A stretch of 64,000 bases of DNA from Histomonas meleagridis 2922-C6/04-290x (GCA_020184695.1 JAANOX010000080.1:295580-359579), one strand, 5' to 3'; shown: positions 23,363 through 34,764, counted from the stretch's first letter. Program-made: numbers and translations. Notes: generated by a model not told the origin, from the letters alone.

Positions 23363-24023
23363 ATATTTTACTCAATACATACTCATAATAAAATACACAC
23401 TAAATTTTAAACAACATTTGCTGTTTCTTGAAAATTCGTCATATTGCCCAAAGTTGTCCGACCAACTTTAGGCGAACGTTTATTTATTCGTTTTTTGAAA
23501 ACGGTTTTTAGAACTCTTATCAAAAGTATAAAAAGAAACTATTGAAATTTCATTTTTTCAAATAGGATAAAATCTACCGAATCCTCATCAGTAAAACAAA
23601 AATATCTTTTTTAAAATATGCTTAAAATTAATATTAATTAATAATTATATGATATTATATAATTTCTTTAAAAATATGAATTTGTATATAAATTTCATTG
23701 TACAACATAGCAATAATTTAATCTTAAAAACCAAAAAATTGAATTCATTTCAAGAAGAAAATGTATTTTATCAAGAATTTCAATATCTACTCAGTAGATG
23801 TATAAGATTTCTATGTAAAAATAAAAGCATTAAAGATGCCTTTGAAGTATTAGTTAAATAATTTAAAATAATATTAAGGAGATCGATTTTGTTGAACTGA
23901 AGAGATTGTCGAGATTGTCTCATGAATTGAATCATTATCGACGGTTGGAATAAATTTTTCAGTGGTCACATTCAAAAAACGAGAATCACCTCACCAGATT
24001 TTACCACCTCATTTTAATTCATC

Positions 24024-24530
24024 ATGGTTCATAGAAATCGTTTTAAGTTTGAGAAACACGAAGACGAGAAGCTCAAAGAACTAATCGCTAAGTATGGAAC
24101 ACATTCTTGGAAAAAAGTTGCTGAAGAAATGGAGGGAAGAAATGTTCGTCAATGCCGTGAAAGATGGAAGCACTATTTATCAAACGATATGAAGAATAAT
24201 CCATGGAGCAAAGAAGAAGAAATCTTATTATTACAAAAAGTTGCGGAAGTAGGACACAAATGGACACGACTTGCAAAGCTTTTCCCAGAAAGAACTGATA
24301 TCCAACTCAAACTCCATTGGCACAAGCTCCAAAAAAACGCAAAGAAGAAAGGTCAGAGAAAAGAAATACTGATTACGCCCACTAAAATCGAAGAAAATCC
24401 CACACCAGAAAAGCCCGAAAAGCAGACAGAGATTGACATATTTTCTCCAGAGTGGCTTGAAGCAGGGAACGTTGATATATTTGATTGGGCCAAAGAAGAC
24501 GAATTGTTTGATTGTTTTTCATTTTTTTAA
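24024..24530 (+). CDS. R2R3 Myb-like DNA-binding protein
   Basis: Two Myb repeats (EDEKLKELIAKYGTHSWKKVA...RNVRQCRERW; WSKEEEILLLQKVAEVGHKW); Inr-like TCATTTT upstream. Confidence 0.92.
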   Translation: MVHRNRFKFEKHEDEKLKELIAKYGTHSWKKVAEEMEGRNVRQCRERWKHYLSNDMKNNPWSKEEEILLLQKVAEVGHKWTRLAKLFPERTDIQLKLHWHKLQKNAKKKGQRKEILITPTKIEENPTPEKPEKQTEIDIFSPEWLEAGNVDIFDWAKEDELFDCFSFF

Positions 24531-24688
24531 AATAACAAAAAAATAAAAAATAATCAGCGGACGCATCTGTATTTTTTTATCTTGCTCATTCCGGATTTTA
24601 GCAGGAAAGAAGTAAACAGAGTTAGTCAATTATATGTTTGTAAATTTAATTTTTTCATGAAAATAAAATTGAATCAAAACATATTTTT

Positions 24689-25660
24689 TTATTTATTAAA
24701 CTTAGAAAGAAATTCTTCAATGTCAGAAGAAACATTTGGACTTCCATGAGTTTGGATTAGTGGAAGAGGTTGTTTGGCTGTTGGAGATGGAAACATAAAA
24801 GATGATGGAGAAGGTAATGTAACATGAGATGCTCTTCTTTTCTGTGTTGAGACAGCTTCATTTGCTGTATCGTCTATTTCTTGTTGTTCTTGTATCGAAT
24901 TAGGTGCATTGATCATCGGCATTGAAAATCTAGTAGATGATCTGGGGGCAAAAAATGGCTTCACCGTGATATATGTTGTATGTGGAGTAACAGCTGGGAA
25001 CATAACAACAGGTTTGGGCTGATTTATTTGTGGAACCTCTTTTGTTAATTGGTGATAATGATAACGGCATTGGACGTCGCTTCTGTTGCCCATCAGCATT
25101 GAAATACGTGTCCAAGCTTTGTCGCCAAATTGATGAACCAATTGTAATAATTTCATATCTTCCATTGAATCCCAAGTATCTTTACAGATCCTAGGGTTGA
25201 GGCCCCGTGTCCACCTTTGAGCACATTGGGCTCTTGTTCTGCCATTTCCAACAAAAGTTGAGATTGGAGCCCAATTATCAATTCCATATCGGTAAATTCC
25301 ACCCAAAAGTCTTGTATCCTCATAGCTTGACCATGTTTTCATTTTCCTTCTTGTTTGAGAAGCAGATAATGATTCTTCTGAGGGTGACTGAGTAAATTTT
25401 ATGGGCTCATCATCAACTGATATGATTTCATTTAACCTTGTTATAATTTCATGGCTTCCGGCGATATTAGAAAATGCTTGGCAAGCTTGTTCATAAGTAA
25501 TCTTTTGTTTTAAGAAATCGCTCATTATTTGGATTAGAGAATTTCGTATTTCAGGATACACCCCAGCGTACTGGTGATCAACCGAATGAATTCCTATTTC
25601 TAAGATTGTAGATTCGCCAAGATGCCCTTTTGGACATTTTATCTTCGGAACATTTTTCAT
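24689..25660 (-). CDS. Myb-like DNA-binding protein
   Basis: WSSYEDTRLLGGIYRYGIDNW...RTRAQCAQRW and WDSMEDMKLLQLVHQFGDKAW...RSDVQCRYHY. Convergent with the preceding Myb gene. Confidence 0.92.
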   Translation of the reverse strand: MKNVPKIKCPKGHLGESTILEIGIHSVDHQYAGVYPEIRNSLIQIMSDFLKQKITYEQACQAFSNIAGSHEIITRLNEIISVDDEPIKFTQSPSEESLSASQTRRKMKTWSSYEDTRLLGGIYRYGIDNWAPISTFVGNGRTRAQCAQRWTRGLNPRICKDTWDSMEDMKLLQLVHQFGDKAWTRISMLMGNRSDVQCRYHYHQLTKEVPQINQPKPVVMFPAVTPHTTYITVKPFFAPRSSTRFSMPMINAPNSIQEQQEIDDTANEAVSTQKRRASHVTLPSPSSFMFPSPTAKQPLPLIQTHGSPNVSSDIEEFLSKFNK

Positions 25661-26209
25661 TTACCGAACCGGAATTCTGAGGGAAAATAAATTAACGATT
25701 TTTTACATTCACAAATCCAGTTTTCTGACAGATCAAAAAACTTTTTGAAAGAAAACGACACAAGCATGAATTCATTTTTAAAAATAAATCAACCAAAACC
25801 GTTTTCAATCGGAAAATAATCACTATGCTGAAAAAGCTGGAAATTGTATTGTTTACAATTAATACTTTTGAACTTGTAATTCGTGTTCAAATACCGTTCA
25901 AAAATTTAAAAATTCCAGATCAAAAAAAAATCCTTAACAAATCAATTTCCCAGTAAAAATAATTTAGCGTCAGAGAGTTTTCATATGAGGCTGTTTTAAA
26001 AACAAGCATGTGCTTTGAAATGAAATTTGAAATACAAATTTATCGCATATGAAATAAAAAAATTCATTTTAAGATGTAAACACAAAAATGTATCCCTAAA
26101 AATACAAGTAATAAGTTTATTTTAAAGTTTACACATAAAAAAATGGAGCAACAAAGAACAAAATCAAAATCTGGAAGTTAACGGTCGCGTATGACCATTG
26201 GTCTTGTAA

Positions 26210-28468
26210 ATGGCAACAGTTGATCTAATTAAAAAATTTTGCACCGAAGAAGATCTTCAAAAATCAGTCGACCAATTCAATAAAATGTTCAAGGATCGAA
26301 CGGAAGCACTTAAATTAACGTTGAAATCAATATCAACGTTAATTTCTGATGACAAAGCTGAAAACAGACCTAAGTATTTGGCTGTCCTTACTGAGCTTAT
26401 TCGAACAAACACCAAAAAATTATATGGTAATGAATTAATTGAGATGTTTAAATCAGCACTTCCTCAAACTGGAAACCATATAAACAAACGTATTCGCCGC
26501 CTTTCGCTTGCGCTTTGTTTTTTATCCATTGTCAAATCAGGTATTATTAAAGGTGAAATAAATACTTTAATAAGCATGATTCAAGAGATTGTTGAAATTG
26601 CTGAAAACAACATTTGCTTCAGAACTATTTGTTACAAGATTATTATTGATATTCTTGAACAAGAAGTTATGAATGAAGATCTTTACATTGATAAATTCCA
26701 TCCAATCATCAAAACGCTTAATGAAGAAAGTACAGAAGATACCAACCGAATGTATCTTTGGATAAAACTTGTGAAACTATATCCTCATATTTCAGTACCA
26801 CAAGATTTTATCAATCCAATGAACAAAGAATTCTTTGTTAAATATCAACAAGTACTTCTTCAGTCAAAGTCATTACTTCCTTCAATTCATCCAATTTGGG
26901 GCTTCTTTGCTGAATTAGATTCAACAAAACTTCTTGAAATTGTTAATGAACTCTGGATTAACGACAAGACATGTCGCTCATTAGTTTCCATGGCAGTTAC
27001 CTCATCCATTCCTTATTTAGAACCAAATGAATTTCTTTCTTTACTTCAAAATGTACAATTATTTGAAGCCGCAATTTCGATCAAACAGAATTCAATTTTC
27101 CTTAACGTCCTCCGCCAACGAGTTGGAAATCTCATTGAATCTGGCGGTGATATTTCTATTCAAGTTATTGTATCACTTTTAACCATTCCACGTAAGCATT
27201 CATTTATCATTGATATCATAAATAATTTTTGTTCACGAATGAATGATGAACAAACGAAAGCTCTTTTAACACATTTAGATGAGATACCATTTTCATCAAT
27301 ATGTAAACTTTTATGGGCGCAAAAACATAAAGAGAATATTACAGACTTTTCGATAGTTATTGATTTATTTAAAGCCGCAGCCACCAAAGCGAAAACGAAA
27401 GAAGAGAAAATGGAGTTATCAGATTTCTTATCTTTAAATCTTCAACGTGTTAACTCTGATGGTAAGACATGGTTTTCATTAATCAGTGGCAATAAGATTC
27501 CACCATTTGATCTTTCACAATCTCTTGAATCATTAATCCAATCAACAAATCAAGTTATAACAGCCCTTAATTCGATTAATACACTTCTTTCTATTGAACC
27601 TAACTTTGAGCCATGTGAAGTTGATATAAATTCATTTGTATCATTTGTATCACAATTAATTAAGTCTGAATATCCACATTATAAAGCAGTTGGCAAAAAT
27701 CTCCTTAAGAAGTCAATGAATCTTTTGACAGTTGAACATATGCCATTGATATATAAAGAACCTGAACTATTAGACATAGCGATTCATTCATCGATATTAT
27801 GTTCATCAGCATTACCAATGTATGTACAACATATTGAACAATTACCTAAAACATTTTGGAAGTCATTTAATCCAGATCAAAGAATTAACTTACCAATCAC
27901 ACATGACGAAGCTAAATCGATTGTAACGAATGTAATTTCACGATGTAATGGTAAATCCAAATATAATTATCAAGAAAAGATTGCGTTAGCAGTTATATCT
28001 AAACTTGATGAAGAAGAAATTAATGAAATTGTTAAACTTCAAATAGATAAAATTGTTAATGCAAAAAATAACGAAATTGGAGGTGAATTAGTTATATCGA
28101 ATTTAATTAAATCATCTTCAAACATCGCTTATCAAGTGTTAACTTATTTGACCGAAATTACACCGAAAGTTGAACGACAATCAGCAATCAATAAGATACA
28201 AAGATGGGTCGCATTATGCGCCGAATGTGGCGAAATTCCTGTTCAAGATATATCGTGCGCAATATACGCAACGTTAGATAGAGAATATCAAGCAACAACA
28301 TCGGGTAAGAAGAAGGCAGAGACAGCGCTTACGTGGGCACAGAAGTTGTTGAATAAGATACAAAGAAGTATTCCAAGAGATATATTCAGACAGTTGGTAG
28401 AGAAATATATTAAAACCGGTTCGAGATTGGCAGCAGAAAAAATTAAACAAATATCAAATATTGAATAA
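26210..28468 (+). CDS. Large helical-repeat protein, possibly MYBBP1A/Pol5-like nucleolar factor
   Basis: 752-aa ORF. Segments KAENRPKYLAVLTELI, LCFLSIVKSG and LPSIHPIW resemble, in order, conserved blocks I recall from the Pol5/MYBBP1A family; weak, by-eye similarity only. Confidence 0.45.
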   Translation: MATVDLIKKFCTEEDLQKSVDQFNKMFKDRTEALKLTLKSISTLISDDKAENRPKYLAVLTELIRTNTKKLYGNELIEMFKSALPQTGNHINKRIRRLSLALCFLSIVKSGIIKGEINTLISMIQEIVEIAENNICFRTICYKIIIDILEQEVMNEDLYIDKFHPIIKTLNEESTEDTNRMYLWIKLVKLYPHISVPQDFINPMNKEFFVKYQQVLLQSKSLLPSIHPIWGFFAELDSTKLLEIVNELWINDKTCRSLVSMAVTSSIPYLEPNEFLSLLQNVQLFEAAISIKQNSIFLNVLRQRVGNLIESGGDISIQVIVSLLTIPRKHSFIIDIINNFCSRMNDEQTKALLTHLDEIPFSSICKLLWAQKHKENITDFSIVIDLFKAAATKAKTKEEKMELSDFLSLNLQRVNSDGKTWFSLISGNKIPPFDLSQSLESLIQSTNQVITALNSINTLLSIEPNFEPCEVDINSFVSFVSQLIKSEYPHYKAVGKNLLKKSMNLLTVEHMPLIYKEPELLDIAIHSSILCSSALPMYVQHIEQLPKTFWKSFNPDQRINLPITHDEAKSIVTNVISRCNGKSKYNYQEKIALAVISKLDEEEINEIVKLQIDKIVNAKNNEIGGELVISNLIKSSSNIAYQVLTYLTEITPKVERQSAINKIQRWVALCAECGEIPVQDISCAIYATLDREYQATTSGKKKAETALTWAQKLLNKIQRSIPRDIFRQLVEKYIKTGSRLAAEKIKQISNIE

Positions 28469-28516
28469 AAATATTGAAATTAGATTTCGTTGTGTTGTCT
28501 TATTATGTAATGTCCA

Positions 28517-28718
28517 AAACTTTATCATACTTCAAGAAGATAAACGATTCCGTCATGTCGCCAACTATAATTCGCACTCCATTACTTGAGACATAATTTA
28601 TAAAATTAGGTAATGTCCGACTTTCACAACGTTTTAACAATTGATGATGCCCTAATTTATAAAGTCGTAATATTTTACCAATTCCTGATAAAAGATAATC
28701 TTCGAATATCCCTAATGC
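28517..28718. repeat. 202-bp exact direct duplicate of an internal SF3B3 coding segment (31964-32165)
   Basis: Base-by-base comparison: aaactttatcatacttcaag...gaatatccctaatgc is identical at both sites, offset 3447 bp. Confidence 0.92.
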
Positions 28719-29278
28719 GCTAGGATATGGAACTTTTTGAATGAGGTTAAGCTCGTATTTGATTGAAGGAATGAAATGGAAAAAGTATTTCTTTAAGATA
28801 GTGATAAAAAAACGTGATGCATTTTTAGTGCTTTTCTATATCTTCTAAATATGAAAAATATGGTTGCAATTGTAATTATATGAACGAATTAATGGTCCTT
28901 TGCCCAGCTTCTTTTTATAATTCCAGCTCAGCTCATTGGAGGTATTTTAATTTATTATTATTTGTATAAAAATTCACTTTTTTTCAAGTAGTCTAATAAA
29001 TTTACATAGAAAATTAGATTATAATGTAAAATATTACATCTACTGTTGATTAAAAGGTTTTGGAATAATAAAAGTTGCTGTTTTTATATAAAATAAGGAA
29101 TCTTCATATTGGATTAACATTTTTTGCATAAAAGAAATAAGATTATAAACAAAATAAATAATTTTATAATAAATTTAAAGGGGATATAAACTTTGGAAAT
29201 AGTTAAATAAGCTTTTATAAGAAATCATTATAATAAAACGTTAGATCGGCGACGTTAAGGTGAAACAGAACAGTTTTA

Positions 29279-31056
29279 TTGATGGAACTGTCGAAATCAT
29301 TAGAATTCATCGTCTTTAATCTAAACGAAAAAAATTTCGGAACATCAGTTCAAGCAACAATTAATTTATTTGTTGGTAGACTGCCATATACATTTAACCA
29401 TCTTGTTTCCAGACTGATATATTCAGCTTTTGTTTCTCAAACAAATAATGAAAATATATATATCAAATATTTATTGACTTTAAATTCAAAAGAAAAAAGT
29501 GGAACTGAAGCTAATCTTGTGCAAATGTTTTGTAAATATTTACTAGGAATAAAAAAGCAAGAATCATATTTCCTTCTTGAAAAGATGATCGAAGAAGAAA
29601 TACTTGAGCCATCTTCAGTAAAGAACATGAACACATTATATTTTTCTCAATATAAAACAAAAGAAGAAATATACAAATTAAGGACCAAATTTCTAAGACC
29701 ACAATTCCTTGAAGAATTCATCTCAGCGCTTGATGAATTATCAAAAGATGACTGGAAGCTTCATATGCAATATGTAAACGAAGGAGTTAATCCATTAGAA
29801 ATTGTGAAAGTACATCGAAATGATGATTTAGAAAAGCTTCAAGAAATGTCATCACATAATGAATTTGACTTTAATCAAATAATTAGGCCATCACTTTATG
29901 AAAGATGTTCATTTGTTAATACAAATGTTCATTAATTGATTATTGTGCATTTTTTGGTTCGATTAAATGTTTTAAATATTTATTATTAAATAATTCTAAT
30001 ATTAAAAACACATTGAAATATGCAATTGCAGGTGGAAACTTGGAAATCATTCATATATGTGAACAAAATAATTCATCGTTTGCAGAAGCACATGAAACAG
30101 CTATAGAATTTCATCGAAATGAAATTTTTCATTATCTTTATGAAAATAAAATTGGAAAATTTTCATCTTCAAACTCTTCTTTTACAAAATCGAATTCTGA
30201 TAACGAAGATCAAGATAATTGTAATTTAAGTGAAGAAATTTTGATTTATCTCGGGAAAAAATGCATAGAATTTAATAATTATGAAATCTTCATGTTTTTG
30301 AAAACAGAAGGAATGAAAATGAATAATGAAATTATAGAAGAAGTAGCATCAAAAGGAAATACATTTGTAATAGAAAGTGATATAGAAAGTCAACAAATTA
30401 CAAAAACAATTTTGCCATATTCAGTTAAATCAGGAAATATAGAAATAGTAAAATTACTTTTAGATAAAGAAGGAATTGATGTTAATGCAAAAAGAATTTA
30501 TTTTAATAATTTGGAATATGTTTTAATAATTTGGAATATGTTTTAATAATTTTATATATGTTTTAATAATTTAGAATATGTTTTAATAATTTGAAATATG
30601 TTTTAATAATTTGAGACAGCACTTCATATCGCAGTTAAAAATAATAATATAGAAATAGTAAAATTACTTTTAGATAAAGGAATTGATGTTAATGCAAAAA
30701 AAAAAAAAAAAATAATTTTAATAATTTTGGATTTATTTTAATAATTTGGAATATGTTTTCATAATTTGGAATATGTTTTAATAATTTGAAACAGCACTTC
30801 ATATAGCAGTTAGAAATAATAATATAGAAATAGTAAAATTACTTTTAGATAAAGGAATTGATGTTAATACAAAAACTATTCATTTTAAAATTTAATAATA
30901 TGTTTTAATAATTTTATATATGTTTTAATAATTTGGAATATGTTTAAACAATATTTGACATCAATTCAAGTTGCACAACAAAAAGGCCACACAGAAATTG
31001 TAAATTTTCTTCGAAAAAAAAGTACAAAAGAAAATTCTAATTGTCTTCTTTTATAA
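29279..31056 (+). pseudogene. DUF3447/ankyrin-repeat gene, interrupted (one frameshift near 29929 and three AT-rich inserts); may be functional if the inserts are removed
   Basis: ORF 29279-29935 continues after a 1-nt shift as SLIDYCAFFGSIKCFKYLLLNN...LKYAIAGGNLEIIHICEQ (DUF3447 signature). Ankyrin segments ETALHIAVKNNNIEIVKLLLDKGIDVNAK (30613-30699), ETALHIAVRNNNIEIVKLLLDKGIDVNTK (30788-30874) and LTSIQVAQQKGHTEIVNFLRKK...* (30955-31056) follow. Confidence 0.8.
30493..30954 (+). repeat. 20-bp tandem unit TTTTAATAATTTGGAATATG forming three inserts (30493-30612, 30700-30787, 30875-30954) between ankyrin repeats
   Basis: Five full units plus a partial unit in the first insert; two to three degenerate units in each of the other two. 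Confidence 0.9.
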
Positions 31057-31379
31057 ACATCAAATCTTCATTTTCAATATGAAATGGAAATGAAGCATAT
31101 ATTGCTAATAATCAAAATCAAATGTTCGTAAAAAACAATAGAGAAAAAAGGAATTGATGCTAATGAAAAAGATTGCTTTATTCCTTTAAAACAGCTCAGC
31201 AAATGCTATTCTCTTTATTCAACTAAAAAGATTATTGAACTTGTTGATTACAAATCACAATTTCTTATAAAAACATAATCACTTTTTGACAATGCCGATA
31301 AAGATTTACATAACGTTATTCCCACTTTTTGTGTATTATAAAACATTCAAAATTAATTATTATTTATTATATATTTTCA

Positions 31380-34300
31380 TTACATTTGTAGTTCAATTGA
31401 TGTTAATAATCTTGATATATCGAAAGGCGTTGTTTGCAACGATATTGAAATTTCATGTTGTTCGTTTTGATTCATATTTAAATATTCAAGTACCATATCG
31501 CCATCGACCACACATTTTACGGGCGCATAATACGATCTAAACATTTCATGCACACGACCGCACAACGTTGGTCTTCTTTTTCTCACTTCGATTTCCAATT
31601 TTCTACAAATCGAAGCCTCGACATCAGTAATGAAAGGAATCATTACGCCTATTTGCCCACCGACTGTACCATAAACTATGCATTCTTCTGAAGTAGACAA
31701 ATCCAAACCAGTTATTGGATCGCCAACGTGATAATTCACTGCCAAATCGAATTTATTCGGGCAGCCGCACATGTCGTGATGTTCCCAAATCATACCTACG
31801 CCAGATGGGTCAATTTCGGCATCGTCTGATACATCGAATGGTAATCTTAATATTGAAAAATTACCAAAACGATCACCTGTCGCTACTGTAGATCGATCTA
31901 ATAAAACAGCAGATAAAGGAAAGCGTGGAACGCAATCGTCGCAAAATGGGGTAATAACATCGGAAACTTTATCATACTTCAAGAAGATAAACGATTCCGT
32001 CATGTCGCCAACTATAATTCGCACTCCATTACTTGAGACATAATTTATAAAATTAGGTAATGTCCGACTTTCACAACGTTTTAACAATTGATGATGCCCT
32101 AATTTATAAAGTCGTAATATTTTACCAATTCCTGATAAAAGATAATCTTCGAATATCCCTAATGCACCAGGAATATCTTCTACTTCAGTTATATGATGAA
32201 TTTCTTGAGTCATGGGATCAATTAATAATACTATGCCTCCTTCACATCTTCTAGGATTAAATCTTAAATTGCGTGCAAATCCTATAGCTATAGAACCAAA
32301 TGAAGGAATATAAATAGCTGAAGTTACTGATAAATTATCTTCGAAACTTAATAATTCAGAAAATTGATTATTATTTAAATCAAAAAATTGTCCAAAACTT
32401 TTCCATTGATCATTAATCATATCGGAATATATAATAAATATATTATTATTTTCAGGTATATATATAATTTGTTTTGGTGTATATTGTAATGGATAATTCT
32501 TAGTATCAATTGAACAATTAATATCAACAATTTCAAAGAAACACATATCATTATTAGTAATACCTATAAATCCTCCATCAGGACAAAACGAAGAAAATAT
32601 TTGTGAAATAGATATAAATTGACTTGATGCTATTTGTAATAATCTTAAATCATTACATAACCAAGGAATAGAACTATTAGCTAATAAACATCGTTTTGAA
32701 TTAATAATAATCTTCGAAAAAGTTACTCGTGAATGACCTAAAAATCGAATTTGTGATGATCCTATTTCACCTTCATTATCATCTAATATACATCTAGAAA
32801 GAATACCATTTTCATGTCCAATATGTAATATATGTCCTATGATAGGTATAGATAAAAATGCTAAATCTGATATAGGATTATCGACTATTTGTCGTGCTGT
32901 AATTTCCCATCGTGTAGCATCATTATCTATACTAACAATATATATAATCATTTGTGTTGTAGCTATAGCTAACCAACGTGTAACTCGAATACCTTCTGGT
33001 GGTTGAGGTATAGCTGCTGATATAATTTTCCCTTCAATGTTGTTCAACTTATATGACGAGATTTCAGTGGGCATACATCGATCATTCGCTTCAAATAATG
33101 TTATATAATTGTCCTCAAATATTAATATTATTTGCGATGTGTTTGTAGCTATTGAACTTATTTTACCTTCATATGATTTACGTTCCCAATTCTTTATAGT
33201 ACCATCTTGTAATATTACATGTAATCCTTTGGTATGGATTTGAATCGTTGAATAAACATTAAGTAATGACATTTGAATTACATCAATTGTTTGAACATCT
33301 GTTAAAAAATTGTTTTCTTTACTGTTTTGTACTCGTCCATCTTTTAATACTTCAAAAATTCGTGTTTTACTCTCACTAGAAATGAATATATACTTATGGA
33401 ATTCATCTAATGGATCATTCTTCATGGTAAATACTGATAATGGATTACCACCTATTGTTTGTCGAATTAATTCATGTATAGGTATTCCTTTACGTGTGAT
33501 TTTAAGTGATGATAAATTCCTTGATCCATGAATTGTTACAATGTCACCTAATGTACTACCGTAAGATGAAGGAATTGTTATAAGTTTTGTTAGTCGTGAC
33601 ATTGTTAATTGAGTTTGGAATAAACTTAAATGTATTAAATTAATGTTAGGTTCAAATTCTAAGGAATCATTTGCTTCGATTTCTAAATTAGTAATAGAAT
33701 AAAAGGTGTTTGAATTTGTTTCGCCGAATGCAATTAAAAAACCTTGTTTAAGAATTAACATTGAAGTTGATGGAGGTATAGTATCAAAGTATTCGCACGT
33801 TAAGGTCTTATCGTCTTGTGAAGTGACATAGAACAAGTCACCAAACTGATTTTGGAGTAATGAAAACCAAGTACTAGAATTACAAAAAGTAGCACTAGTT
33901 AAGATAACTGATTGACCTTCTCCACGTCGACTTGGAATTGGAATTATTGATAATTCTTTTGATTTGTTATAATATTGTAACGACCCATTACTACATACTA
34001 TAACACCACCAGGACAATTATAAAGTGGCCCAGGTACTGATACTAAAAGTGTGGAAGTAGAAGGAATTGGAAACTCATCTTTTTTAACAATTGTATTTAT
34101 ATTAGAATCAAGTTCATAAAAACATAAAAATTTTTCTGTAGTCGGATCAAAGGGTGGTTCACGCTGTTCTTTTGGTGGCTTAAAAATTCGTTCAATAAAA
34201 GCAAAAAGTGGACTTTCATATCCAACATCAAGTGAAACACATGAATGAATAAATGAATGTGATTTAACAAACTCAATAGGAGCACTAAGAGAAGGTTTCC

Positions 34301-34739
34301 CATTTTTGGATTTGCTAATTGAAAACGCAACTTTGTATTTCTCTAATGAGGATGAAAATATTGCACGGCCACATGGAGATACTGAAAGATAAGGACCTGG
34401 CTCATAGCGTCTCATCCCTGTACGTGCATAAGGTATTGAAAAAAGCTGAGTAAATATTTTGTTTGTGAGGTCAAATACTGTGATATCCCCCGAATCTGAT
34501 GTGACAACTAAAAAATCTTGGGTAGACTCAGGAAGACTTATTGTGGCAACAGAAAAAACATGACAAAACGTAGGCTTAATGATTGGATAAGGCGATTCGA
34601 AATCTGTATATAAGGCTAAATGTGTACCTAAGTTGGCTACGACTTCATCAACACCTTCTTCAGCAAGGCCTGTGAATGAACCGGCTGTGGAGTTAATAAC
34701 ATGTTGTGGGGGTTGAAGGGTGTATGAAAATAATTCCAT
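31380..34739 (-). CDS. SF3B3: Splicing factor 3B subunit 3 (SAP130/Rse1)
   Basis: MELFSYTLQPP start (ATG 34739), RTGMRRYEPGPYLSVSPCGRA, DDCVPRF...VATGDRFGN, YRSYYAP-like FRSYYAPVKCVVDGD near the C-terminus. Confidence 0.93.
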   Translation of the reverse strand: MELFSYTLQPPQHVINSTAGSFTGLAEEGVDEVVANLGTHLALYTDFESPYPIIKPTFCHVFSVATISLPESTQDFLVVTSDSGDITVFDLTNKIFTQLFSIPYARTGMRRYEPGPYLSVSPCGRAIFSSSLEKYKVAFSISKSKNGKPSLSAPIEFVKSHSFIHSCVSLDVGYESPLFAFIERIFKPPKEQREPPFDPTTEKFLCFYELDSNINTIVKKDEFPIPSTSTLLVSVPGPLYNCPGGVIVCSNGSLQYYNKSKELSIIPIPSRRGEGQSVILTSATFCNSSTWFSLLQNQFGDLFYVTSQDDKTLTCEYFDTIPPSTSMLILKQGFLIAFGETNSNTFYSITNLEIEANDSLEFEPNINLIHLSLFQTQLTMSRLTKLITIPSSYGSTLGDIVTIHGSRNLSSLKITRKGIPIHELIRQTIGGNPLSVFTMKNDPLDEFHKYIFISSESKTRIFEVLKDGRVQNSKENNFLTDVQTIDVIQMSLLNVYSTIQIHTKGLHVILQDGTIKNWERKSYEGKISSIATNTSQIILIFEDNYITLFEANDRCMPTEISSYKLNNIEGKIISAAIPQPPEGIRVTRWLAIATTQMIIYIVSIDNDATRWEITARQIVDNPISDLAFLSIPIIGHILHIGHENGILSRCILDDNEGEIGSSQIRFLGHSRVTFSKIIINSKRCLLANSSIPWLCNDLRLLQIASSQFISISQIFSSFCPDGGFIGITNNDMCFFEIVDINCSIDTKNYPLQYTPKQIIYIPENNNIFIIYSDMINDQWKSFGQFFDLNNNQFSELLSFEDNLSVTSAIYIPSFGSIAIGFARNLRFNPRRCEGGIVLLIDPMTQEIHHITEVEDIPGALGIFEDYLLSGIGKILRLYKLGHHQLLKRCESRTLPNFINYVSSNGVRIIVGDMTESFIFLKYDKVSDVITPFCDDCVPRFPLSAVLLDRSTVATGDRFGNFSILRLPFDVSDDAEIDPSGVGMIWEHHDMCGCPNKFDLAVNYHVGDPITGLDLSTSEECIVYGTVGGQIGVMIPFITDVEASICRKLEIEVRKRRPTLCGRVHEMFRSYYAPVKCVVDGDMVLEYLNMNQNEQHEISISLQTTPFDISRLLTSIELQM

Positions 34740-34756
34740 TTTTAGCCAAGTAATAT

Positions 34757-34764
34757 AAACGGTC
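34757..34764 (-). promoter_or_regulatory. M3-like element (GACCGTTT)
   Basis: Matches DRCSGTTD, ~18 nt upstream of SF3B3 ATG 34739. Confidence 0.4.

Noticed and set aside
29927-29930. Programmed frameshift in the ankyrin gene
   Set aside because: Adding one T (GTT TCA) restores the frame, so a homopolymer error or single deletion is more parsimonious; no slippery heptamer or downstream structure seen.
30688-30794. Canonical GT-AG splicing of the ankyrin inserts using GTTAAT...ACAG
   Set aside because: It would delete conserved VNAK and ETA residues and shift the frame.
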